A DNA stretch of 64,000 bases from positions 94,674,001 through 94,738,000 of the forward strand of contig OX597818.1 of assembly GCA_951406725.2 (NCBI GenBank). Reading direction: 5' to 3'. Below are positions 42,149 to 56,851 of this stretch, in pieces. A program made the position numbers and the translations under genes. Under the pieces are notes generated by a model, which did no database searches, was not told the DNA's origin, and worked only from the letters and a program-made list of their open reading frames with translations. Source of the DNA: Octopus vulgaris. Lineage: Eukaryota. Within the stretch, counting starts at the first letter, position 1. Each line of letters starts with the position of its first letter.

Positions 42149-45100
42149 GTTTGATTGATTGATTGATTCTAGTTTCAGCTTATGAGCTGTGGCCATGCTG
42201 GGGCACCGCCATTTGGTGTTGCTACTTGGTTTCACTTCATGGAGGCTTTCTAGCAACTGCTATTTGGTGCATGAGAGAGTTCGATGCAGCTGCCCTCATC
42301 TGCCCCTCCTGCCGTGAAGTTGGTTCATCTGGGACACCTGACAGGAAAAGATCCAGCTTCATTTTAAAGACATCTGTATCCACCCCATGCAGGTCTCTCA
42401 GGTTCTTCGGGAGGATATTGAAGAGCTGTGGGCCTCGGAAGCCCAGGCTATCACAGAATCTTGTCCTACATCTTGATGGCAGTTTTGGAGTCCTAGGCAC
42501 CACGCAGTGGCGCCAAGTTCTGGCATTTGCGTAACTCTCGATGCCAAAGTTCAGGACACTTCCCTCCAGGATCTTCCAGATGTATATTATGGCATATCTT
42601 TCCCGCCTACGCTCCAGGGAATATAATTTTAATCTCTTGAGTCTTTCCCAGTAGCTTACATTCTGCATAGAGGCTATCTTCTTCGTGTAGCTTCGTTGGA
42701 TCGCCTCAAGTTCTGTGATCAACTTGACACTGGATTGTGACCATAGCTGAGAGCAATAGTCAAAGTGGCTTAGGACAAGTGTCTTCCAGAGGACCATCAT
42801 GGTTTCTTGTTCTCTTGTTCTAAAGGTTCTAAGAATCCATCCAGCCAGCCGTCTACATTTCATTGTCAGTTTAGCAACATGTACATGAAAGGTCGCGTCA
42901 TCACTCATGTGAATACCCAGGTCACGCACTGATTGTGCCTCTGGGATTGCAATCCCTCCGGGTCCAGTGTATTCATTGGGTATTGCATTCAGTTTTGCAT
43001 GCTGATAGTATAAAGCTTGAAACTTTCCAGCATTGAACTGCATTCTATTCTTTTCAGCCCACTTGTATATTTCGTCCAGCTCACATTGCAGGTGTTTAGT
43101 GTCCTCAGGGTTCTGTATTGCCTGTGAAACTTTTGTATCATCTGCATAACTTGTGATCGTGGCTCTCTGCGTGGCTGAGGGCATGTCTGAGAGGGCCATT
43201 ATGAACAGTAGTGGTCCCAGAACAGTGCCCTGCGGAACACCGCTCACTATTTGTGTGTTAATGGAGGTGGCCCCATTGGCTACTACCACCTGACTTCTAT
43301 CCTTCAGAAAGTCATGAAGCCATTCTCCCAGTTTTCCAACTATGTTGAGATCATGCAGTTTGTGACATATCATTCCATGATCGACTTTATCAAAGGCCTT
43401 TGCAAAGTCGAGATATATCACTTCCACCTTTGAGTGGTTGAGCAGCCGTTTCAGCACCCAGTCATAGTGTTGTAGGAGCTGAGTTAAACAGCTTCTCCCT
43501 GGTCGGAAACCATGTTGGGTGTCGGGCAGCAAGTCATTCTCTTCAAGGAAGGTGATCAGCTTCCTTCTGACTATTCGTTCTATGACCTTGCTGATGTGTG
43601 AGGTCAGAGAGATAGGTCTATAGTTCTTGGCTTCCGCTCTGCTACCTCCTTTATGAATGGGGCATATTTTACCTTCCTTCAGTTTTCCTGGAAGTTTGCC
43701 AGCTGCAAGGAAGCTCTGAAAGAGGAACTGCAGTGGTCTTGCTAGGACTCTCTTACATGCTTTTAGGAGGATTGCCGGGAATCCATCGGGGCCAGTAGCT
43801 GAGTCTGTTTTCATTTCATCTATAGCCTTGGTTACATCGTCTTCCTTTATATCGATGTAATCTATCGTCGCCGCCTCTGATTTTATATCTGCAGTGGTAA
43901 AAAAGTCAGTTGGATTGGTGATTTGGAGATGCCCAAGGGGTGGAGTGAAAACACTCTTGAATTGCTCATTCAGTATTTCACTTACCCTCATTGGTTTTCC
44001 CTCATTGCCATCCTTTTCGAGGAGTGGCCCTATTCTACAGTGCACTGTAGCTGTTTCTTTGGCATACCTGTAGAAAGCTCTGGGGTTAGATTTTATGTTT
44101 TCTATAGCCCAGGCTTCTTTGTCTGCTCTTTCTTTTTCATGGGAGAGTTGCAGACATTTTTCGATTTCCAACAGTTTTATTTTTAGGCGGGACTTTTCAC
44201 TGCTTTCAATCTGTTTGTTTAGGCAATTTGAAAATTCCGTACGCCGTCTCATTAACATTTTCCTCTCTCTGGGGATTTTGTTCTTGTGTACAGTGGCCTT
44301 TCTCTCTGGGACACATTTGTAGCATATGGCTTGCATTACAGACATGAATTGTTGAAGTTTCACGTCGATGTCTGGCGAGGAGAGACATTTAGGCCAGTTT
44401 TGTTTGAGGATCTCTTTCTCAATTTGTTTCCAGTTTGCCTTATGGTAGTTCAAGCTGGAAAGATTTTGAGGGTTTCTTGTAGGCTGCATGTCCGTGCTCT
44501 CTTTTGGCCCGTACATGGTCAGCTCTATCATGTTGTGATCCGAGAGTAGTGTCGGTGTCACTTTCACATTATGGATGAGATCCATGTCATTTGTGAAGCA
44601 GAGATCCAGTGTGTTACCTGCCCTGGTTGGTTGGAGTATTACCTGCTCCATGTACAGGGTGTTGATGAGGTTCAGGAGGGACCTCGCCTGTCCTCGTTCA
44701 CATCTTGTCATTCCTGGGAGAGAAAGGCCCTCGGGCCATCTGACATTGGGCAGATTGAAGTCTCCCATAAGAAGCACACCTATGTGTTGTTCTAATGTGG
44801 TTAGAATTTCTTCTATTTTTATAAGGCAGTCTTCAAACTTGCCCACATGGCTTGGGGCATCTGGAGGGCGATATGTAGCACACACAACTACATCAAGTTG
44901 CCTAATATGTACAATTAGTGTGTCACACACCGAGTTTGAGTATGACAAGAGGAGCTGGGGTGTGAGGTCCTCACGGATGTACATAGCAACACCTCCATGA
45001 CTCCTTTCTTTCCTGTCGGTCCGTAGTACAGCATACTGTGGTATGTGTAACTCCGCATCTGCTATGTCCGGTTTCAGGTGCGTTTCTGTAAGTGCTATGC

Positions 45101-45463
45101 ATAAGGCTTGATTGCATGCAACAAAGTCTCTCAGGAACGGGATCTTTGTCCTGTTACTGAGTGTTTGCAGTCCTCTGATGTTCAGTAGGAGCATCGAGGT
45201 GAGGTGTACGTTGTTGCCGGCGGTGTCCATCCTGTGTCTGTTTGCTGTGGTGGTCTGGTATATAGTGGGTAGTCCCACCTGCGGGCTTGGGTTTGATGAA
45301 GCCAGGTCAGCTGCTGTACAATCTTTTGTGCCATGCACAAAAAAGATTGTTGCTCAGCAGCTACTCTTTCGACAACATCATGTTGGCAGTTTGTGGCGCG
45401 CACAACATCTGCGTACCTCCGCTTTGGGGCAGGTGGTGCGTGGTCCATCCCTTTTCTTTGTGT

Positions 45464-45466
<3 letters not shown>
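42149..45466 (-). mobile_element. CR1-like LINE with intact 1033-aa EN-RT ORF2 (42237-45338), truncated in ORF1, (AATC)n tail
   Basis: EN: LNIRGL, LTETHL, GGVA, YRPP, GDFN, TLDL, SDH. RT: YLDFAKAFD, GVPQGTVLGP, YADD, RDLG. No stops. Confidence 0.95.
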
Positions 45467-46467
<1,001 letters not shown>

Positions 46468-46476
<9 letters not shown>

Positions 46477-46864
46477 TACTTGTTTCAGTCATTTTGACTG
46501 TGGCCATGCTGGAGCACCACCTTTAGTCGAGTAAATTGACCCTGGGACTTATTCTTTTTAAGCCTAGTACATATTCTATCATTCTCATTTGCCGAACCAG
46601 TAAGTTACGGGGACGTAAACACACCACCATCGGTTGTCAAACGCAAACACACAAACATATACACACACAGATACACACACACACACACACACATACACAC
46701 ATATATAAGACAGGCTTCTTTCAGTTTCTGTCTACCAACTCCACTCACAAGGCTTTGGTCAGCTCGAGGCTATAGTAGAAGACACTTGCCCAAGGTGCCA
46801 TTCTGTGGGACTGAACCCGGAACCATGTGGTTCCTAAGCAAGCTACTTACCACACAGCCACTCC
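46468..46864 (-). mobile_element. tRNA-derived SINE (CORE-like body, CR1-type 3' tail)
   Basis: A box tggctgtgtgg, B box gggttcagtccc, ccttgggcaagtgtctt; tail shared with the LINE 3' end at 42170-42210. Confidence 0.85.
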
Positions 46865-46917
<53 letters not shown>

Positions 46918-47005
46918 TTATCTATCTATCTACATATATATATATATATATATATGAATATATATATATATGAATATATATTTGTATATATATACATACA
47001 TATTT

Positions 47006-47047
<42 letters not shown>

Positions 47048-47131
47048 CTTCTATCCTGAGCGTCCAATAATACTATATTTGTTCCACGTCCTCACATTGT
47101 TGTGTTTTTTTGTGCTTTCATGTTCAGATTA

Positions 47132-47233
<102 letters not shown>

Positions 47234-47235
47234 GT

Positions 47236-47744
47236 GGAGGTGCAATGGCCCAGTGGTTAGGGCAGCGGACTCACAGTCGTAGGATCGCGGTTTCGATTCC
47301 CAGACCGAGCATTGTGATTATTTATTGAGCGATAACACCCAAAGCCCCACGAGGCTCCGGCAGAGAGTGGTGGTGAACCCTGCTGTATTCTTTCACCACA
47401 ACTTTCTCTCACTCTTTCTTCCTGTTTCTGTTGTACCTGTATTTCAAAGGGCCAGCCTTGTCACACTCTGTGTCACGCTGAGTCTCCTCGAGAACTACAT
47501 TAAGGGTACATGTGTATGTGGAGTGCTCAGCCACTTGCACGTTAATAAATGAGCTGCGACGTCAATGATGCCAAGCTGTATCGGCCTTTGCCTTTTCCTT
47601 GGGTAACATTGGTGGCGCGGAGAGGGGAGGCCGGTATGCGTGGGCGACTGTTGGTCTTCCATAAAGAACCTTGCCCAGACTTGTACCTCGGAAGGTAACT
47701 TTCTAGGTGCAATTTCATGGTCATTTATGACTGAAGGAGGTCAC
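47236..47744 (+). mobile_element. tRNA-derived SINE
   Basis: A box tggcccagtgg (47246), B box ggtttcgattccc (47289); TA flanks; 3' ~190 bp shared with the SINEs at 49016 and 54221. Confidence 0.85.
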
Positions 47745-48112
47745 TATATATATATATATATATATATACAAAATAAGAAAATGGAGAAATACATCTAAAT
47801 CATTTATATATACATACTTCATTTTAATAACTCTATCCAAAGAATACGAATCCAGAAGATGCTCTTCTCTAATTTTGCTATTTCGCTGTACCAGAAGTCG
47901 CTATCCTCTGTTATCCTTTGGTTGTCTCCCATGAACACTTCTAAAGGCTTAACGCCATCCGCACCCCTTCTTAGGGTTTATCTCCTATGTAAGGTAGTGA
48001 TCATATAACACATTACAATGATGGTGTAGTGTATGCAGGTTGAAGGATATTGTTTGTTTATGAATTCTGCCAAATGCAAGCTATCTTTTCAGTTACATGA
48101 CGCTGCTGTTCC

Positions 48113-51100
48113 TCATCTCAGGGTCTCACAGGCCCACACCTCCCACACCCTCAATGTGGGCATACTGAGAGGTAGGTCTGGTGAGATTGTTGAGATGCTT
48201 GAATAGAGACATGTAAATTTGTGCTGCATCCAAGAAGTAAGGTGGAGAGGAGGTTCCACTAGATTCCTCACAAGCAAAGAACACAGGTACAAGATTTTCT
48301 GGGCAGGGAACTCTGATGGGGTCAGGGGCATGGGAATACTTCTTGCGGAGAAATGGGTTGATAAGGTAATCGAGGTAGTCAGAATATGTGATAGAATACT
48401 TCAGATTAAATTAGTGCTACATCATGGGTAACCAACCATTATCTTGGCCTATGCTCCTCAGCGGGGCTACCTGATGGACAGAAAGATCAATTTTATGACA
48501 CCCTCTTGCAGACTACCTCGTTGATGAATGACAAGGACCTTCTCTTTGTGGCTGGTGACTTCAATGGAAATGTTGGACAACATGCAGGGGGCTTCCATGG
48601 TGAACATGGAGGCTATGGTTTTGGTTCCTGCAATGAAGAGGGAACCAGGCTGCTGGAGTTCTGCGATGCAAATGATCTTATGGTTTGCAATACTAACTTC
48701 AGTAAATCTGCCAGTCACCTAGTCACCGACCAATCTGGTAGATACACTAGCCAAATTGACTACATCCTCACTAGTAAAAAGATTTGTGTTATTTCCTGTT
48801 GCAAGACAGTGTGTGAGAGAGAATCGTGATGTTATAGGAGAAAAATGTGTCTGCATGGATGATGGTTCACTTGCATTAAACAAGGCTGCAAAGAGAGAGG
48901 TTTGGAGATGCCACTATGAAAGGTTGCTAAATAAAGAGAATGAATGGGAGAAAGAGAGTCTGATGAATGCTGACCCAACAGAGGGACCAGCTATCAGAAT
49001 TTATCGTACCTTAGTCTGAGACCCCCTTCGGTCACGACACAGACCATGGGATTGCACCTCGAAAGTTACCCTCCCAGGCACAAGTCCGGGCAAGGTTGTT
49101 TATGGAAGACCAGCAGTCACCCATGCATACTGGCCTCCCCTCTCCACCCCATCAGTGTTATCCAAGAGAAAGGCAACAGCCAATACAGCTTGGCACCTGT
49201 GACGTCGCAACTCATTTCTATGGCTGAGTGAACTGGAGCAACATGAAATAAAGTGTCTTGCTCAAGAACACAACACGCAGCCCGGTCTGAGATTCAAGCT
49301 CACAACCTCATGATCGTAAGCTCAATGCTCTAACCACTGAGCCATGTGCCTTCATAGTACCTTAGTAGATAAAGCAATTAAGGGTTAGAAGACAGGAAAA
49401 GCCCCCCCCCCCGGCCCATCAGGAATCACCACAGAGATGCTCAAAATATCTGGCCTAGTCACCCGTATAGTTAACCAGGTGATTCATGGAGTCATACCCA
49501 ATGACTGGTGTAGCAGCACCATAGTCAACTGCTACAAAGGTAAAGGTGACGCATTAGATAGAAATAATTACAGAGGCTTCAAGTTACTGGATCATGTAAT
49601 AAAGGTCACGGAGAGGGTCATAGCCCAACTAATTAGGCAGAGAGTCAGTCTAGATAAGATGCAGTTTGCGTTTGTGCCAGGGAAAAGCACCACTGATGCT
49701 ATATTTCTTGGTAAGACAGCTGCAGGAGAAATACCTTGCCAAAGATAAACCTCTGTACCTAACTTTTGTTGACATGGAGAAAGCCTTTTACAGAGTCCCC
49801 TAATCCCTTATCTGGTGGTCAATGAGGAAACTAGGGATAGATGAATGGTTAGTGAGAGCTGTGCAAGCCATGTACAGGGATGCTGTCAGTAAGGTGAGTG
49901 TTGGCATATGAGTACAGTGAAGAATTCCAGGTTGGGGTAAGGGTCCACCAAGGATCAATCATCAGCCCCCTCTTATTCCTCATAGTCCTCCAGGCAATAA
50001 CTGAGGAATTCAAGACAGGATGCTCCTGGGAGCTTCTCTATGCTGATGACCTTGCTCTAATTGATGAGTCATTATCAGAACTAGAGGAAAAGTTTCAGGT
50101 GTGGAAGCAAAGATTAGAATCGAAGGGCCTTAGAGTCAACTTAGCTAAAACTAAAGTCTTAATAAGTAGGAAGGCAGACAAACCACAAATCCTTTCAGGT
50201 AGATGGCTCTACTCAATCTTTAGAAAAGGTGTAGGTAGAAACTCCATTAAGATGTGCCCGGTGTAAGCTATGGACGCATAAGAGGTGCAGCAACATCAAA
50301 GGAAGGCTAACTGGGAAGATAGTTTTTGTATGTGGCAGATGCTCAGGAGCAATAAACACTGAAAATGTGCAGAGAACAACTTTCGCCACATTCCAGGGAG
50401 GAAAACTAGAAGTAGTTGATAGCTTCTGTTACCTAGGTTACCAAGTCAGTAGAGGGGAAGTTGCGCTGAAAGTGTAGCTGCTAGAATAAGAATAGCCTGG
50501 GCAAAGTTCAGAGAGCTCCTACCTCTGCTGGTGACAAAGAGCCTCTTGCTCAGAATAAAATGTAGACTGTATGACGCATGTGTACGAACATGGCAGTGAA
50601 ACATGGGCCGTGACTGCTGAGGACATGTGTAAGCTAACAAGGAATGAAACCAGTATACTCCACTGGATGTGTAATGTCAGTTTGCATACATGACAGAGTG
50701 TAAGAGCCTTGAGAGAAAAGTTGGATTTAAGAAGCATCAGATATGGTGTGCAAGAGAGATGACTGCACTGGTATGGTCATGTGTTGCTAATGAATGAGGA
50801 CAGTTGTGTGAAAAACTGTCACACCCCAGCAGTTGAGGGAACCTGTGGAAGAGGTTGAGCCAAGAAGACCTGGGATGGGGGTAGTGAAGCACGACCTTCA
50901 AACATTGGGCCTTACCGAGGCAATGACTAGTGACTGAGACCTTTGCTGTGCTTCAGAAGACCTGACAAACCAAGTGAGACCAATGCCTGTGGCCTATGCC
51001 ACTGGTTGTAACCAGCCCACTTATGAGTGCCCCTCATTCATTGGACAATAAACTTTGCTTGCAAAGACCTATTGAGGCAAGTGAAATCAAAATCGCTGAC

Positions 51101-51571
51101 GTGGCCGATGGTAGTACTGCCTGATTGGAACTCATGCCAGTGGAACGTTAAAAGCACATTCGAGCGTGGTCGTTGCCAGGGCCACAGATTGGCTCATGTG
51201 CTGATGGCACGTAAAAAGCTCCATTCGAGTGTGATCTTTGCCAGTGTTGCCTTACTGGCACATGATAAACAACATTCGAGTGTGGTCATTGCCAGTGCCG
51301 CTGGACTTGCTCCCATGCAGGTTGCATGTAAAAAACACCTTTTGAGCGTGGTCATTGCCAGAACCGCCTGACTGGCCCTCGTGCTGATGGCACATAAAAG
51401 CACCCACTATACTCTCGGAGTGGTTGGCGTTAGGAAGGGCATCCAACTGTAGAAACTTTGCCTGATCAGATTGGAGCCTGGTGCAGCCTTCTGGTGCATC
51501 AGTCCTCAGTCAAACTGTCAAACCCATACCAGCATGGAAAGCAGACATTAAATGACAATGATGATGATGAT
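48113..51571 (+). pseudogene. Near-complete decayed RTE LINE (EN, RT, PHD, 3' UTR) interrupted by a SINE
   Basis: CCIQEVRWRG and AGDFNG (EN), NYRGFKLL, YADD, Cys insert, (GAT)n tail; many stops. Confidence 0.92.
49016..49354 (-). mobile_element. tRNA-derived CORE-like SINE with target-site duplication
   Basis: Head ggcacatggctcagtggttagagc; ttcttgagcaagacacttt; TSD gtaccttagt at 49006-49015 and 49357-49366. Confidence 0.9.
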
Positions 51572-52379
51572 GGCATACACATATATACACATATATGTAT
51601 ATATATATACACACACGCACACATTCATATGTGTGTGTGTGTGTCCAAACTTTAAATTAGTTGAAATATGTTTTGTGACTATTTCAACTTCTAAATGCAA
51701 ATTTTCTTCTGTTACTATGGAGAAAACTTGTCTCACGTTAAAAGGCCTGTAGTTGCCCAGTGTTTCTCTGTATCGGATTCCAAGATGCAGTGTTTCTTGC
51801 TCTTTAGCTGTTATTAATAGGAAATACTAAAGAGAGGTAACTCTGCGCATATTTAAAACCATAGCTTTAATTGAAGCTTTTTTTTAATATCTTTTCTATA
51901 AAAGAATTTTTTGTCCCTTGTAACTGCAGTGGATTTTTCATGAGACGTTGAAATATTTCTTGAACATACTTGAACTAACTTAAAGCACACTTATTCCAGA
52001 ACACTGCTTGGCACTATTACCCCTGAATATATGTATATAATGATTATAATTATATATGTATATAATTATATATGTATATATAATGTATATAATTATATAT
52101 AATTCCAGGAAGCAGTGTCTCCATTTTCAGCCATTTCATGGTGTAAGTGTTTATTTCTTCAAATTCCACTGTTAGTTTAAGACTAACACTACACAGCAAC
52201 ACCTTCAGAGAATGAGGATCTGGGAGATAGTGGAGCGTCCTTCTTTAAATCCATTCTGGTCGTTTCAAAGTAAGAGATCAAGGTGTATTCTCATTCTCTT
52301 CAGCAGCATCGTTATAGATTTTTTTCTGCTATTGCTGTAAGACTAATTCCCCTGTAGTTTACAAATATTGTCTTAGAAC

Positions 52380-53275
52380 TTTCCTGAGAAGATTGTGAAA
52401 CCCATCAGCATCATGGACAACAAAACTTTTGCAAAAGTCATTTCTTCTGATGGGGAAACTGACTTTTTAGAAATCAAGGCAGGAGTATTGCAGGTAGATA
52501 TGCTAGCTCCATGTTTCTTCATCATTGCTGTTGGCTACATGATGGGATGCACCCTAGAAGTTCTCCAACATCTCAGTTTCACTGTTAAGAGCAACTGCCA
52601 GAAATCAAAACAGACTAGAAAATTGTATCAGTGACACAGACTATGCAGATGATTTATGCCTGCTATCTGATTCTATGTTTGATACCCAGGCATTCCTGGC
52701 ATGGCTTATCCCTGGAGGTGGGACTACACATGAATACCAACAAGATTGAGGTGATTATGTTCAATGCCTTTGGAACTCCCAAATCACTCACTAGAGACAA
52801 CATAAAACAAGTCAAAAACTTCAAATATCTCAGTGCATGATTATCCTCACCAAAGAGAGAACTCGAGATAAGAAAGGCCCAAGCCTAGAATGCCATTAGC
52901 AAACTAGACAGGACTTGACAGTCATCGTTCTTAAAAAGCCAATAAGTCATGTTCTTCAAAGCAACAGTTGAAAATGGGCTACTTTACAGGTTCAAAACTT
53001 GAAACCTGACAAAACGTTGCAGGAATGACTAGTTGGAGGCTACACCCACTTACTCTGTCATGCACTGAATATTGAATGGCAACACAGGGTGACCAATTAA
53101 ACCTCTACAGGGACCTCTCCCCGATATCAGAGGTGATCAGAACCAGGAGACTCCATTTTGCCGAGCACTGCTACTGAAGCAGGAATGAATGCATCAGGAA
53201 TGGGTTACTCTGAGAACCAACACATGGCCACAAGAGCAATGGTCGACTGGTTACAACCTATGTTAATGGATGAGT
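52380..53275 (+). pseudogene. Old RTE-like LINE of a different family (no PHD insert)
   Basis: DGETDFLEIKAGVLQVDMLAPCFFII, DTDYADDL, NTNKIEV...IKQVKNFKYL. Confidence 0.8.
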
Positions 53276-53604
53276 GATCGACTATGGCTGTCAGTTCCTG
53301 GGTTGAAGTCAGCAATGGAGGAACATCTGTGCGGATTGAGGAGACTTTATCTAAGAAGATGCAGCAGCTATATTTGGTTGCAACAGTCCAAACAGCTAAG
53401 AAAAATATCCTCCACAGGGCCAGTGTGGTTTCCTGTTGCCTTGTCTTCAATCATTTTGTCGTGTTTTTTTACCTTTAACAGTTTAGTATGGAGTATGAAA
53501 TACCCACTCAAATCTACTTGACCCATTCTACATCAAATTACTTTAAAGATATTGCAACATAGACCACATTACATTTACAGATCCAGCAAATGATCCATTG
53601 TGTG

Positions 53605-53645
<41 letters not shown>

Positions 53646-53912
53646 TTAACAACTTGTTACATTTAGTATCTTATTTCAGAGTTGCTCACTCATCATGTTA
53701 CTTAGTTCCCTCTACTTCTACAAGTGGAGAGCTTTCATTTCATTAATGTGCTCAATGTAACACACTACTAATGAATTATATTTTCATTGTTTACATTTGG
53801 TTCTTTGAGACTCTTATTTTGGATTTATATTTCACTTTATGCCTTCCATATCCATTTTAAAGAATCTGTTAGAATCCCTATGTTAGGTGATTTTTTCCTA
53901 TATATTATGTAG

Positions 53913-53963
53913 TGTTAGGAAGCTAATAAGCATGCATTTGACATGCTTATTAGCTTCCTAACA
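53913..53963. repeat. Perfect 22-bp-stem hairpin with a 7-nt loop
   Basis: tgttaggaagctaataagcatg-catttga-catgcttattagcttcctaaca. Confidence 0.92.
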
Positions 53964-54174
53964 TTTCATGATAACCTATGTAAACTATGACAATTTTCTA
54001 TTTTAAGATATACCCTTATCATGATATTGGCTGTCTCAACTCTAGGTTTCTTTTTTTATTTATTTATTGTTTTTACCCTTCCCCAATGCTGTTTGTTTGA
54101 ACACTTTAAGGAGTCTTAACCTCCTTTGTAAAGTTGTATACTGTTGTCTCTCAATGATGCTACTTTCTAGTTGA

Positions 54175-54220
<46 letters not shown>

Positions 54221-54225
<5 letters not shown>

Positions 54226-54555
54226 CCCCTTAGGTCATGAATGACCATGAGATTGCACCTAGAAAGTTAACCTCCATGGCACAAGTCCAGGCAAGGTTGT
54301 TTATGGAAGACCAGCAGTCATCCATGCATACCAGCCTCCCTTCTCCATGCCACCAATGTTTTTCAAAGTAATGGCAAAAGCTGAAACAGCTTGGCACCTG
54401 TGATGTTACAACTCATTTCCACAGCTGAGTGAATTGGAGCAATGTGAAATAAAGTGTCTTGCCCTAGAACACTACACACAGCCCTGTTTTGGAATGTAAC
54501 TCACCACCTCATGATTGTAAGCTCAACTCTCTAACCACTGAGCCATGTGCCTTCA
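54221..54555 (-). mobile_element. tRNA-derived SINE (49016-49354 family)
   Basis: Colinear with 49016-49354. Confidence 0.88.
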
Positions 54556-56801
54556 TATTTATACACACTTTATGAAAATATATTTAATTATATATAGTTG
54601 GTCTGATAAAGTCATTTACCTTAGGAAGAATCTCTATGGACAGTGGCTATCTGAAAATTGAAAAGAAGAAATTCCCTTATGAAAGTGCTGTTCCAGTAAC
54701 TAAAAAATCATTATTAACCTTAGAATATGAACAATAAACATTGAGACTTGGAGTTCATGATAGTTTTTATTTCATAGTTTAATATTGTTTTACACAATTT
54801 CATGTTGATTTACCTCGTGTTATGTTTATAAACATGTTCACAACTAATGATCTAGTCATATCAATTGCACACAGTATCCATATGTGTTTCTTCAGAACTG
54901 TCTACAAAAACACTGGCACAGAAATAGTTTAACTGTTTCACCTAAATATAGTATGTTTATCAACATTTAAAGTAGGCAGTACTAAGAAATATATATTTTT
55001 ATCAGGAAAATGACAGGAATAAAAACAGAGAAAAGAAAGAGGAAGACAAAACACTAGCTCTGTTCAACTTTGACTACATATGTGTGTGCACTTTTATGCG
55101 TGTGTGAATCTGTTTATCCAAATATGTAGTTCAAGTATGTGTGAATATGTTTGCAAATAAGTGAGGATACATACTCATCAAACATAAAATATGTTGTGTC
55201 CTTGTGTGTAAAAATTAGGCAGTAGTATATGTGTACTGTTGAGGTATAGCCCAATTGTCTTTGACCAATCCCATTAATAGATGAAAGCACAGCAGACAGT
55301 CAAATAGTATTTATGAGCTATGTGGTCAAGGTTGAACAGAGCTGAAATTTTATCTCTTTCTGTTTCTTTTCCCTCTCTTTTTATTTCTGTCAATTTCCTG
55401 ATAAAATTATATTTCTTGATACTGCCTACTAAAATGTTGAATACTGTACTGTATTTAGGTGAAACAAACTTTTTTTTGTATATTGTTTTTGTGAACAATT
55501 TTGAAGAAACACTTCTATGAGTAGTGTGTCTGTACAGCAGATATAGCTAGATCATTAATTGCAAACATGTTTATAAGTATGACACAAGATCAGTCAACAT
55601 GGAATTGTGGAAACAATAGTAAACAATGAAATATAAATGATATTGTGAGCTCTTGTCTTCAGTGTTTATACACTTGTGTGTGATAGAAAATTCAAAATCT
55701 GTTTTTACTTTGTGAGTTGAGAAAATAAGTACGTTGCAGTGATACGCTGTTTGACTAACATGTTACAGCATAGTCTTAAACATATGTCCCTTTTTATGTT
55801 AAATAAGTTCCAGTATATTTTCAAGCCCTGGAATTTTCTAAACAAGAATTTTGTTCCTTATTATATCAGCATGTACAAAAACAATTGATTAAAAATGTTT
55901 CTCCTTTGATAGATGACAGATGATAGAAAAAAATGCACATATGCTGGAAGGAACACAAACTTAATTACATACCAAACTTACACTTGTAGGCCAGACACAA
56001 ATACACATTTCTAATAGTAAATGCACATGCACGAATAATTCAACAATGCAACCATGAACATTATCATCATCATCATATTCATATTCATATTCGTCATTTA
56101 ATCCCTGCTTTTTTATGCTGGCATGGGTTATGTGGGTTGTTGCTGCTCTCCTGAATATGATTGAGAATTATATCTCTCTTAACCAGTGTGTTCTGGGAGC
56201 AATTTTTCATGGTACCAGTACTAGAGAAGTTGTCATATCTTTTACAAGATAAAGGGTACTGTGGACTCTATACTTGACAGAAAGTACTGGGTGTATTTTA
56301 TAAGGGTACTAGCCTTAGAGAAAATAAGAATGATAGAGTGATAGATAGTAGGGGATGGATAAATGAATGAATGATGGATGTTGATACGAAATGACTGGGA
56401 GGGAGAATATACATAGGATTACAGTAAAGTGTATGTGGTACATGATGGGGTCCTTTATGTATTTGCCTCAAGATGGATGAATAAGTTAAAGTGATGAGTA
56501 TGAGAAAAGGAAATTTTGAGTATTGGAGAGAGGGTCTTATAGACTCAACAACATCCCTAGTTCCCCTAGAAGCAAGGTATGGTAAACTGAAGAGACCCAT
56601 TGACATCTTTAGTCATACAAACAACCTAACACAGTGAGAGTTGAAAGAAGAGGTGAGCTCATTGTGAGATGTGCAGTAGGGGTCCTGATGAAACACTGAA
56701 AGTTGATCATCAAAAATAACATTTTTATGAAAGTATTGAAATTAGAATAATTTGGATTTTGCTATTCATTTTACAACAAACATGAAGGTTATAGATGTAA
56801 A

Positions 56802-56851
<50 letters not shown>

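Noticed and set aside
47236-47310. tRNA gene
   Set aside because: Has A and B boxes but runs on into a SINE body with no poly-T terminator; it is a SINE head.
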